IMG/VR virus record: IMGVR_UViG_3300020183_000077
Span: 1 to 62,070 of that record
Strand: one strand, 5' to 3'
Origin: a virus
Lineage: Duplodnaviria; Caudoviricetes
Length of the DNA: 62,070 nucleotides
Shown here: positions 30,153 to 39,694 of the stretch, piece by piece
Position numbering within the stretch: the stretch's first letter is position 1
Layout: the number at the start of each line of letters is the position of its first letter
Notes under the pieces: generated by a model
Told to the model about the DNA's origin: nothing
Seen by the model: the letters and a program-made list of their open reading frames with translations, nothing else
Databases searched by the model: none
Made by a program: the position numbers and the translations under genes

Positions 30153-33100
30153 ATGCCTCTTTCAAGGTTAGAGAATTTTCTCAAGAATGCTGAAGGTAAT
30201 ATCCTTTATGTAAATCCATCTGATTTTGATGCTACTGATAGTTTTGAGAATCAAGGTAACTCCTTGTCAAGACCATTCAAGACTATTCAAAGGGCATTAA
30301 TAGAAGCAGCAAGATTTTCATACCAACAAGGAAAAAATAACGATAGAATTGATAGAACAACAATTCTTGTTTATCCAGGAACTCACTATATTGATAATAG
30401 ACCTGGATATTCAATTGAAGAAATTAATGGAACTGCTGTTTACAAGAGGAGAACTGGTGTATCTACTTGGGAAGGAATAACGTTAGACCAATTTGGTTTA
30501 ACAACAAATTATGATATTTTAGATCCAAGTAATGACCTTTACAAGTATAACTCAGTACTTGGTGGTGTAATTCTTCCTCGTGGTACTTCCATTATTGGAT
30601 TGGACCTCAGAAAAACAAAGATTCGTCCTCTGTTTGTTCCAAATCCAAAGGATGACAATGTAGATAATGCAAGTATTTTTAATGTTACTGGTACTTGTTA
30701 CTTCACTGCATTCAGTATTTTTGATGCAGACCCAACAAAAACAGTATTCTTAGATTATAGTGAATCAAAAGTAGTTCCTAATTTTTCTCACCACAAATTA
30801 GTATCATTTGCTTACGCTGATGGTGTCAATAAAGTAAAACTAGGGAACTATCAGACTTATATCACTGACCTTGATATGTATTATTACAAGGTCGCAAAGG
30901 CATATGGAGATATAACTGGTAGAGGACTAGTAGATTTCCCAGTAGGAAAAGATTTTGAACCCTCTATTGACGAATTTAGAATTGTTGGTTCTTTAGATCC
31001 AAATCCTCTTGGAATCTCTAGTATTCGTGCTGGAAATGGTGATGGAACTGGAAATCTAAACTTAATTACGGTAACTACCTCTAATAAGCAGTCTGGAGAT
31101 ATAACACCGCACAACTTATTTGTTGATAGTCCATTCCTAATTAATGGTGTCACAATTGACTCAGAATCTTATAATGGTTCATTTACTGTAAAAGAAATTG
31201 TTGGAATCAATACCTTTACATTTACAACCAATTCTGCTCCAACAGAATACTTACCTAATTTAAATAATATTGATACTGCATCACTTACTATTGGATCAGA
31301 TACGGTAAGCTCTGCATCACCATATATCTTTAACTGTTCACTGCGTTCTGTTTATGGGATGTGTGGACTTTATGCAGATGGTAATAAAGCAACAGGATTT
31401 AAATCAATTGTTGTTGCACAATATACTGGTGTATCTCTACAAAAAGATAATAATGCATTTATTCTTTATGATAATGGTATTTTCTATGATGAAAATACTC
31501 TTCCAGCAAATAGTCTAGAAAAACCATTACATACAAATTCCAGAGCAATATTTAGACCTTCTTATGAAAACTTCCACATAAGAGCTTCAAATAACGCATT
31601 CATTCAAGCAGTTTCTGTATTTGCTATTGGTTTCTCAAGGCATTTCCTAACAGAGTCTGGTGCTGACATGTCAATCACCAACTCCAACTCAAACTTTGGT
31701 AATACTTCATTAGAATCTGTTGGATTTAAACCAGAATCTTTTGATAGAGATGATACTGGTTATATCACTCACATTATACCACCAAGGGAAGTAGTAGTAG
31801 AAGAGAATGAAGTTACTTGGTTATCTTTAGATGCATTAAAAATAATCAATTCTGTAAGTCCTGATAGACTATACATCTATGGTGCAAATAACTCTGAAAT
31901 AGTTCCAGCATTCCAAGTAGATGGTTATAGGATTGGAGCAAGAGATGATGATAAATTATATTTAACTATCACAATAGGAACCGCACAGACTACTTATAGT
32001 AGTCCAATATTAATGCCAGTTTCTGGTGGAACTGGATTAATTTCTAAAAAAGAATATAAGGTAACTAGAATTAATGGGCAAAACAATATTGTTAATAACA
32101 TATTGTCATTTACCACTAACCACCAGTTAATCAATGGTGAAAAAATTAGAATCTTTAGTGACACTGGACAAACACCAGATGGGATTGAAAATGAGGGAAT
32201 TTACTATGTAATTGCAACTGGTGTTGGTGCAAATCAAATAAAACTAGCACAATCACTTAATGATGCAATTGCAAATGTCCCAATTCTTGGACTATCAAAC
32301 ACTGGTGGTATTCTAAGAATAGTCAGTAGAGTTTCAGATAAACTTCCAGGAGAAATTGCTCATCCAATTCAGTTTGATTCTACAGAAACCAACTGGTATG
32401 TTACTGGTTCAACATTAGTAGGTCAAAATCAAATTTATTCTGCAATCGTTGGAATTGGAACTTCTGTTATTGGTACTGAGACATCATCTACTTTTATCAA
32501 GAGAAAACTAGATAATCGTTCCATTGATGACAAAATCTATAAGCTTCGTTATGTAATTCCAAAAGAATATGAAAATGCAAAGCAACCAGAAGCAGGTTAT
32601 GTAATCCAAGAGTCAAAGACTGTTGGTGTAAGTAGTCTTTCATATACTAATGATACTTTATTAAGTACAAAAGATTTGAGAAATGAGAAGGTCATCTCAA
32701 ATGCTTCTGCTGGTTCAATCATTAATAATAATCAAATAATCACAATAACTTCTGAACTTCCACATGGACTCTCTGCTGGAGATTCGGTAAAGATTCAGAA
32801 AGTACGTAGTACAAATAATTCAAATGCAACTGGAATTGTATCAACTTACAACGGTGTTTATGCAGTTGATTCTGTATTAAATTCTAAGCAATTCCAATAC
32901 ACAATTAGTGGTGTTTCCACTAATCCTGGAACATTTAACAATGATATAAATTCAAGGAATACTAGACAACAAAGAGAAGCACTCCCAGTATTCTCAAGAG
33001 ATTCTTACAAAAATACCTTCTTCATCTATCGTGTATCTCAAGTAAAGAAACACATTCCTGGTGCGGATGGTCAGGATGGAATTTATCATCTAATTTGTCT

Positions 33101-36100
33101 AAGTTCAAACGTTGCTCCATCAAGTAATGTAGGTTTTAATCTTGACAAAAAACAATTCAATCAAGATGTAAAAAATCTTTATCCACAATTAGATAGAGAT
33201 AACTTTGACACAAACCCCAAGGCAACAGTAAGTTATGCTGACGTGAGAGTACTAGGAAAAATTATTACTAGTGATAAGAGACATTCAATCACAAGAGAAG
33301 CAGTAAATTTCTTTGCTAAAAATGCTAAAATTGGTTATGGATTAACAGCAGTTACTCTAAGTGGAGTTGGAAATACTACTATAACTGTCAACACTGATGT
33401 CCAGCACAACTTAAATTCGATTAAGAGTTTTACTTTCACTCCTGGATCTGGATATCCAGCGTCTCAGACATTATATTCCAAACAACTTTTCCCAATTATT
33501 TCAAGTGGAGAAGGTGCTACAGTCAAAGTAACTACTGACCCATCTGGAAAAATTTCCAATGTTGAATTATTGGATGCTGGATCTGCTTATAGTGTAAATG
33601 ATACTTTAAGTATTTCAGGAGGAGGAACAGCAAGTGTAGTAACAGTTACTGGAATCAATAATAACAATAATACTGTTATTGAATTGAATGGATTCTCATC
33701 TGAAAATCTTAATAACGTATTTAAGATACAAACAATTCCAGATGCAAACTCTTTTGTACTTGCTGCTCCGACTGGTATTAGTACATACGAACCAAACACA
33801 ACTGGAGAATTGCCTTACGCACTTGTTTCTGGTGAAGCATGTGGAATCACTTCATCAGTTGTAAGTGACATAAGAACAGGAATTGTAACTTATACAACTT
33901 CTTCTGCTCATGGATTGCTACCTGGAAATAAGGTTAGAATTGTACAAACAGGTTCTTCTGTACTGAATGGAGAATTTGTTGTTCGTGAATCTGTAGGAAT
34001 TAATACATTTACCATAGTTGCTTATGGTTTAACACAAACAGCATATTCATCAACTGGTAGTGTATTAAAGAGAACATTATCACCAAATGCTAGAAATATT
34101 GGAAGAGGTGAAGAGAATCTCGGTTCTCGTGCTTCTACAATATACGATAAAATTACAGTATATACTGACCAAATTTTTGATGGAAGTAGCAATACAATTA
34201 GTTTTGCTGACCCATCATCTGTAAGGAGAGGAGATTACTATACAATTAATGCTGAAATAATCAGAATTGCAAGTGCTTCAAATCCATTTACTGTTCTGAG
34301 AGGACAATTTGGTACGTTTAAGAATACTTCACCAGTTGGATCTGCTGCAAGAAAGATAAAACTAGTCCCAGCAGAAGTTAGAAGACCCTCATTCATGAGA
34401 GCTTCTGGTCATACATTTGAATATCTAGGTTTCGGTCCTGGTAACTACTCTACTGGTATGCCACAGAAACAGAACAGAATTCTGTCCGAAGATGAAGTAT
34501 TAACATCTCAAGCAAAAGAACTAAGAGGTGGTTCAGTAGTTTACACTGGAATGAACGACCTTGGTGAATTTTTCTCTGGAAGTAAGAAACTGAGTTCTGC
34601 AACTGGAGAAGAGAGTGTAATTGAAGCACCAATCTTAACATATACTGGAGATGATTCTCAAGGTGAATCTGCAACAGTGTCGAGTGGTATTTTTGATGAA
34701 CTTCTTGTTCGTCAAAGACTTACTGTTGAGGGTGGTGAAAATAATAATCAAGCATCTCAGTTCTATGGTCCAGTAAACTTCACTCAAAAGGTAACTAACT
34801 TATCTGATTTTGGAATTGAGACAAAGAATTTATTACTCAAAGGAACAGCAGCACAATCTAAGTTGATTACAGTTGGAATTTCAACTCCAACATCATTGAC
34901 AATTCCTGCTCCACGTTCTGGTGACATCTCACTTCTTTCCAATCCATCAAGTTATATTGGGCATGTAAGAGTAAATAATGAATGGAGACCTTTTGGTTTA
35001 ATTAGCAGACAACCAGATACTTTAGATATCAGAACTGATAGATTACACGTTAATACTGTAGGAAATAGTTCATTCGATTTTGAAGTTCGTGGTGAATCAA
35101 AAGTACAAAACCTAATCGTTGATGGTCAAGTTGTTTTTACCCAACCACAAAGTTTGGGTAATGTAACATTCCAAAATGCAACTATTCAAAGAACAGCAAT
35201 ATTTACTGGATTGGGATTGGATCCAATTACTGGATTAACTTCGTCATATACACAAATACATTTGGCAGGTATTTCACTTCTAAATGATTTAGAAGTTACT
35301 GGAATATCTACATTTGCTAAAAGAGTAGACTTTAATAGTAATATTTTTGGTGTTGGTGCAAAGTTTGGAAATATTCGTATTGGTGTTCGTGATGATAATA
35401 CAATTGATACCGTTATTGGTGATTTAACAATTGATAGTGATTCTGGAACGACTAAAATTATTGATAATTTAGTTGTCAATGGAACATCTATTGAACTGAA
35501 TACTGGAAGTCAAGTTTCATATGGTGGTACTATAACATCAAGATTGAACAATTCAAGAACTTTTGATATAGGTATTGGTAATACTGATGGTGTTACTTTA
35601 ATTTCACTGCATGGTGATGATAGACTCTATCCAAGTGGTGGTCTAATTGCAAGAAAAAATGCAGACCAAAGTTCAGAGATTATTCATAGAGGTGTATCAA
35701 AGCTATCAATTAATGCATTAGATAGTGGAAGTGAAGTTTCTATTTTAACAGGAGCTACTGAGAGAGTTCTTGTTGGCACTTCTGGAACGGTAACAATTTT
35801 CCAAAACAACTCTGGAACTGAATTAAAAGGAAATCATCTTAAATTGACTCAAAATGGCACTGGTGATGTTGCTCTATCTTGGGATATTACAAACAATAAT
35901 GCAAACCGTCGTTGGTATGCAGGTATCGACGTAAGTGATAATTATTCATGGAAACTTGCAAACCCAGAAGCAACTCTTGCATATGGTTCAGAAAGTTTTG
36001 ATAATCCCTCAGAGACCAAATTAAAGATTTCTGGAAATGGTGATACTATCATTGCAGGAACATTAACACTTGGTGGAAATTCACTTGCAACACTAAGTCC

Positions 36101-37829
36101 AACCTTTAGTTTGTTAAACAATAATGCAGTAATTGTAAATGCTTTCCAAGCAGCAACAACATTAAGTATGGGAAGCGATGCTTCTAATGCTACTGTTACT
36201 GTAAGAGGAACAACCCAATCTAATAGCACAGGAACTGGTGCTCTTGTCGTTGGTGGTGGTGTTGGTATTGCTGGAAATCTTTATGTTGGTGGTTATCATG
36301 GAAATACTACCATCCAAGGCACATTGAGTGCTACTGGTGATACAACTCTTGGGGGTAAATTGTCACTGGCAAGTCATGCAACTTTTGGTGGAAACTTAAG
36401 AGTCGCAGGAATTGCAACAATCACTCAGAACCTATTAGTCGGAGGAGATTTAGATTTAACTGGTAGTCTTGATGCTGATGGTGATATTTTTGCTCGTTCA
36501 TTCATTAAGAAGAATCCAGGAAGACCAACCAATTTCTTAAGAGCAAATGGAACTGATAGCATTTTAACTGGTCAAGATTTCATTGATTCCCTTGGATTTA
36601 TTCCAGGTGCTCCAATTACAGTATCAACATATCCAGTAGGAAATTCAATCTTACTTGATGATATTTCTGGTTCTTTTGATGGAAATACTCTTTTATTCAA
36701 TCTAACTAGAGATGGAGGAACACCATTTACTCCTGTTGGTCCAATTAACTTGATTGTATCTGTTGGTGGTGTAATTCAAAAAGGAAATACTGATTATCTA
36801 GTTCCAACAACTGGAACTGGAGCATTCTTACCTCAAATTAGATTTACTACTGCACCAACTACAGGACTAAGTTGCTTTATTGTTGCTTTGGGTGGACAAG
36901 GAGCATTGCTTTCTGACCCAGCATGGGATAGAAAAGGTCAAATTCCAATTGGTGTTCGTGATAATGCTGCTGTTATGCAGGAAGTGGGTGCTGATGGAAC
37001 AGTATTTACTGCTGATTCTTCAACACAAACAGGTGTTGCATGGAAGTCTATTCCTCCTGGTGTTCCTACTGGTTCTGTATTCTACTTTGCAACTGCATCT
37101 GCTCCATCTGGTTATCTTGTTTGTGATGGTTCTACTATTCCAAATGGAACTGGTACAGTGCAAGGTGTGACAGCAAACTTCTCAACATTATATGGAATGT
37201 TAGGGACAACCTATGGTGCTGCAGGAAAACTTCCAGACTTAAGAAATTATTTCACTGCTGGATCTGGAAGTTCTTATACTATTGGTTCAACTGGTGGTTC
37301 AAATACTGTCACCATAACTAGTACTGAATTGCCTCCACACACGCATACTCTTACAAATGCTGGTGGTCACGATCACACAAGTACATTCACTGGAACTGGT
37401 GATCATACTCACTCAGTTTCATTTAGTGGAACTGGCAGTCATAGTCACTCGTTATCATCTGAATCACCATCTATAACAATTGATGCTGTTGGTGATCATA
37501 GTCACTCGTTTAATGAAGAAGGTGTTACACCAGGTGCAAGATTTGCTGGTCAAGCAGAAACAGGTTACAGACCACAACAAAATGAAAGAAATACAAGAGG
37601 GGCAGGAGGTCATAGTCATTCTGGAAGAGTAAATTCCCACACCCACTCAATTACTGGAGCAGGTGATCATACTCACTCAGTTTCATTTACTGGAACTGGC
37701 ACTCATACTCACACAATTTCTATTGGTAGGGTTTCCGACCACACACATACAGTCGGATCAACTGGATCTGGTGGTGGTCATGAAAATAGACCTCCATATG
37801 TTGCTCTTCTCCCAGTGATTAAATACTGA
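30153..37829 (+). CDS. giant tail fibre protein (2558 aa) with tail-collar domain and His-rich tip
   Basis: MPLSRLENFLKN..G..LYV; collar P.G.V..FA....PSGYL.CDG...LPDLR; many HxH repeats; HENRPPY end. Confidence 0.85.
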   Translation: MPLSRLENFLKNAEGNILYVNPSDFDATDSFENQGNSLSRPFKTIQRALIEAARFSYQQGKNNDRIDRTTILVYPGTHYIDNRPGYSIEEINGTAVYKRRTGVSTWEGITLDQFGLTTNYDILDPSNDLYKYNSVLGGVILPRGTSIIGLDLRKTKIRPLFVPNPKDDNVDNASIFNVTGTCYFTAFSIFDADPTKTVFLDYSESKVVPNFSHHKLVSFAYADGVNKVKLGNYQTYITDLDMYYYKVAKAYGDITGRGLVDFPVGKDFEPSIDEFRIVGSLDPNPLGISSIRAGNGDGTGNLNLITVTTSNKQSGDITPHNLFVDSPFLINGVTIDSESYNGSFTVKEIVGINTFTFTTNSAPTEYLPNLNNIDTASLTIGSDTVSSASPYIFNCSLRSVYGMCGLYADGNKATGFKSIVVAQYTGVSLQKDNNAFILYDNGIFYDENTLPANSLEKPLHTNSRAIFRPSYENFHIRASNNAFIQAVSVFAIGFSRHFLTESGADMSITNSNSNFGNTSLESVGFKPESFDRDDTGYITHIIPPREVVVEENEVTWLSLDALKIINSVSPDRLYIYGANNSEIVPAFQVDGYRIGARDDDKLYLTITIGTAQTTYSSPILMPVSGGTGLISKKEYKVTRINGQNNIVNNILSFTTNHQLINGEKIRIFSDTGQTPDGIENEGIYYVIATGVGANQIKLAQSLNDAIANVPILGLSNTGGILRIVSRVSDKLPGEIAHPIQFDSTETNWYVTGSTLVGQNQIYSAIVGIGTSVIGTETSSTFIKRKLDNRSIDDKIYKLRYVIPKEYENAKQPEAGYVIQESKTVGVSSLSYTNDTLLSTKDLRNEKVISNASAGSIINNNQIITITSELPHGLSAGDSVKIQKVRSTNNSNATGIVSTYNGVYAVDSVLNSKQFQYTISGVSTNPGTFNNDINSRNTRQQREALPVFSRDSYKNTFFIYRVSQVKKHIPGADGQDGIYHLICLSSNVAPSSNVGFNLDKKQFNQDVKNLYPQLDRDNFDTNPKATVSYADVRVLGKIITSDKRHSITREAVNFFAKNAKIGYGLTAVTLSGVGNTTITVNTDVQHNLNSIKSFTFTPGSGYPASQTLYSKQLFPIISSGEGATVKVTTDPSGKISNVELLDAGSAYSVNDTLSISGGGTASVVTVTGINNNNNTVIELNGFSSENLNNVFKIQTIPDANSFVLAAPTGISTYEPNTTGELPYALVSGEACGITSSVVSDIRTGIVTYTTSSAHGLLPGNKVRIVQTGSSVLNGEFVVRESVGINTFTIVAYGLTQTAYSSTGSVLKRTLSPNARNIGRGEENLGSRASTIYDKITVYTDQIFDGSSNTISFADPSSVRRGDYYTINAEIIRIASASNPFTVLRGQFGTFKNTSPVGSAARKIKLVPAEVRRPSFMRASGHTFEYLGFGPGNYSTGMPQKQNRILSEDEVLTSQAKELRGGSVVYTGMNDLGEFFSGSKKLSSATGEESVIEAPILTYTGDDSQGESATVSSGIFDELLVRQRLTVEGGENNNQASQFYGPVNFTQKVTNLSDFGIETKNLLLKGTAAQSKLITVGISTPTSLTIPAPRSGDISLLSNPSSYIGHVRVNNEWRPFGLISRQPDTLDIRTDRLHVNTVGNSSFDFEVRGESKVQNLIVDGQVVFTQPQSLGNVTFQNATIQRTAIFTGLGLDPITGLTSSYTQIHLAGISLLNDLEVTGISTFAKRVDFNSNIFGVGAKFGNIRIGVRDDNTIDTVIGDLTIDSDSGTTKIIDNLVVNGTSIELNTGSQVSYGGTITSRLNNSRTFDIGIGNTDGVTLISLHGDDRLYPSGGLIARKNADQSSEIIHRGVSKLSINALDSGSEVSILTGATERVLVGTSGTVTIFQNNSGTELKGNHLKLTQNGTGDVALSWDITNNNANRRWYAGIDVSDNYSWKLANPEATLAYGSESFDNPSETKLKISGNGDTIIAGTLTLGGNSLATLSPTFSLLNNNAVIVNAFQAATTLSMGSDASNATVTVRGTTQSNSTGTGALVVGGGVGIAGNLYVGGYHGNTTIQGTLSATGDTTLGGKLSLASHATFGGNLRVAGIATITQNLLVGGDLDLTGSLDADGDIFARSFIKKNPGRPTNFLRANGTDSILTGQDFIDSLGFIPGAPITVSTYPVGNSILLDDISGSFDGNTLLFNLTRDGGTPFTPVGPINLIVSVGGVIQKGNTDYLVPTTGTGAFLPQIRFTTAPTTGLSCFIVALGGQGALLSDPAWDRKGQIPIGVRDNAAVMQEVGADGTVFTADSSTQTGVAWKSIPPGVPTGSVFYFATASAPSGYLVCDGSTIPNGTGTVQGVTANFSTLYGMLGTTYGAAGKLPDLRNYFTAGSGSSYTIGSTGGSNTVTITSTELPPHTHTLTNAGGHDHTSTFTGTGDHTHSVSFSGTGSHSHSLSSESPSITIDAVGDHSHSFNEEGVTPGARFAGQAETGYRPQQNERNTRGAGGHSHSGRVNSHTHSITGAGDHTHSVSFTGTGTHTHTISIGRVSDHTHTVGSTGSGGGHENRPPYVALLPVIKY
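37398..37704 (+). repeat. ~40-bp direct repeat within His-rich fibre tip
   Basis: GGTGATCATACTCACTCAGTTTCATTTA(G/C)TGGAACTGGCA at 37398 and 37662. Confidence 0.75.
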
Positions 37830-37850
37830 TATAATATATTAATTTATTGA

Positions 37851-38447
37851 ATGCAAAATATTACTAATAAATTTTTTCTCCCGTCACAAATTGTTTCGGG
37901 AGAAATTGAAAATTTTAATGAAATAAAAGATGACTTTATAAAATTAATTTATGAATATAAAGAAAAAAATCCAGAATCTTCAATAATAAGTAATAGAGGA
38001 GGATGGCAAAGTAGTAGAACCGCATTTTTTGATTCATTATTTTGCAATCAATTAGAAATTGTAAAAAAAGAAATTACCAAACTAATACGTGAATATAATT
38101 TAATTTCCGATTTAGATTTACCGTCAATGTGGGTAAATATAAATTCAAAACATTCTTATAATAATAGACACACTCATCCAGGTGCAAGTATTTCAGGAGT
38201 TTTGTGGATAAAAATTCCTGAAAACTCTGGTGATTTTGTCTTTGAAATGCCTGATTGTTTTAATTATGAATTATTGAACAAAACAAACAATAGACATAGA
38301 AGTAAAAATAATTTATTTGCTGCTTTAGATATAAAACCAAAAGAAGGTTTAATGATATTATTTCCATCATATTTGCCACACTATGTCAATCAAAATTATA
38401 GTGATGAAGATAGAATATCATTAGCATTTAATTTAGTACTCAAATAA
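37851..38447 (+). CDS. 2OG-Fe(II) oxygenase (TIGR02466-like)
   Basis: SNRGGWQS, MWVNIN, HTHP, LFPSYLPH, RISLAFN. Confidence 0.88.
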   Translation: MQNITNKFFLPSQIVSGEIENFNEIKDDFIKLIYEYKEKNPESSIISNRGGWQSSRTAFFDSLFCNQLEIVKKEITKLIREYNLISDLDLPSMWVNINSKHSYNNRHTHPGASISGVLWIKIPENSGDFVFEMPDCFNYELLNKTNNRHRSKNNLFAALDIKPKEGLMILFPSYLPHYVNQNYSDEDRISLAFNLVLK

Positions 38448-38468
38448 ATACCTAAAAAGGTCTATAAA

Positions 38469-39281
38469 ATGGCAAGAACAGAAGTCGAAATTATTAAAGA
38501 TGGAAAAATCGTTTCTCAAGATTTTTCCTCTGGTTGTATATTGACAGATGCTATTGGAAATCTTCAGGTAACTACCGCTAAACTTGCTGACCGTTCTGTA
38601 ACAGCACAAAAATTAGCTGCATCAATCAACTTTTTCCCCAGTGGGGGAATTGTGATGTGGAATGGAACTACATCAAATATTCCTAGTGGATGGGCATTAT
38701 GTGATGGAACAAACGGAACTCCAGATTTAAGAGATAGATTTATTGTTGGTGCTGGGAGAAATTATAACCCAAATGCAACTGGTGGTGCAGATTCTGTACC
38801 ATTAACAGAAGCACAAATGCCTTCCCACAGTCACTCTATGGGAAGTGCAGGTGATCACGGCCACTCTGGTTCAACAAGTGGTGATGGTTCTCACTCTCAT
38901 ACTGGAAATACTGCAGGACAAAGTGCTAACCATGTTCATAGTGGAAGTACAAGTGGGGCTGGAGCACACTCTCATAGATTGGCAAGAAATACTGGTTGGA
39001 GAAATGTTAATACTATGTCAGAGAGATATGCCATAGCAACAGATAGTGATCATGCTCGTGATAATACTGAAGGTGTTGGAGACCACGCTCATAATTTTAC
39101 TACTGGTGGAGTTAACGTAGATCATCACCACTTCCTAAGTATTAGTGGTGGTGGACACTCTCATAGTGTATCAATTAATGGTGTTGGTGGACATACCCAC
39201 TCAATATCTAGTGCTGGATCTAATCAACCACATGAGAACAGACCTCCATATTATGCTCTTTGCTTCATTATGAAAACTTGA
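38469..39281 (+). CDS. short tail fibre/collar protein with HxH repeats
   Basis: IPSGWALCDG.NGTPDLRDRF; HSH/HTH repeats; HENRPPYYAL. Confidence 0.85.
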   Translation: MARTEVEIIKDGKIVSQDFSSGCILTDAIGNLQVTTAKLADRSVTAQKLAASINFFPSGGIVMWNGTTSNIPSGWALCDGTNGTPDLRDRFIVGAGRNYNPNATGGADSVPLTEAQMPSHSHSMGSAGDHGHSGSTSGDGSHSHTGNTAGQSANHVHSGSTSGAGAHSHRLARNTGWRNVNTMSERYAIATDSDHARDNTEGVGDHAHNFTTGGVNVDHHHFLSISGGGHSHSVSINGVGGHTHSISSAGSNQPHENRPPYYALCFIMKT

Positions 39282-39317
39282 TAAATATTTTTGTAGTTAT
39301 TTTAAATTAATAAACTC

Positions 39318-39494
39318 ATGGATGCGAAAACAATGAATGAGACTCTTCTTGCAAAAGCAGAAGAACTTAGAAATGAACTTATTCAACTAGAACAAGATTT
39401 TAACTTAAAGAAAGAGCAATATTTAAAAATTCAAGGAGCACTAGAAGCTCTTAATGAACTAGATAAAGATTCATCTTCAAACGTAACAGAGTGA
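39318..39494 (+). CDS. small coiled-coil protein (58 aa)
   Basis: Manual translation ..KKEQYLKIQGALEALNEL; late promoter ATAAATA at 39281. Confidence 0.6.
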   Translation: MDAKTMNETLLAKAEELRNELIQLEQDFNLKKEQYLKIQGALEALNELDKDSSSNVTE

Positions 39495-39561
39495 TTTTAA
39501 TCAAAAAACCACTAGTAAGTCAATAGTTGACAACCTCAAGATTCAGTGTTATGCTGTATAA

Positions 39562-39660
39562 GTCTTGAGGTTTCTTTGTAACTTTGAGAAATCTAGACCC
39601 GTCTATGGTGGTGGACGGTTTACGCAGTGTCTGAGGGGGGAGTGGTGTCTCCCCTTTTCT
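39562..39660 (+). ncRNA. candidate structured small RNA
   Basis: TTGACA-17-TATGCT promoter (39527-39555), two hairpins, terminator-like hairpin with T-run; no obvious ORF. Confidence 0.4.
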
Positions 39661-39694
39661 CTGCTATGATGAATGGAGTTCAAAAGCACACCAG

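Noticed and set aside
30153-39281. Diversity-generating retroelement acting on fibre tips
   Set aside because: No reverse transcriptase in the window and no template/variable repeat pair with A-specific mismatches seen
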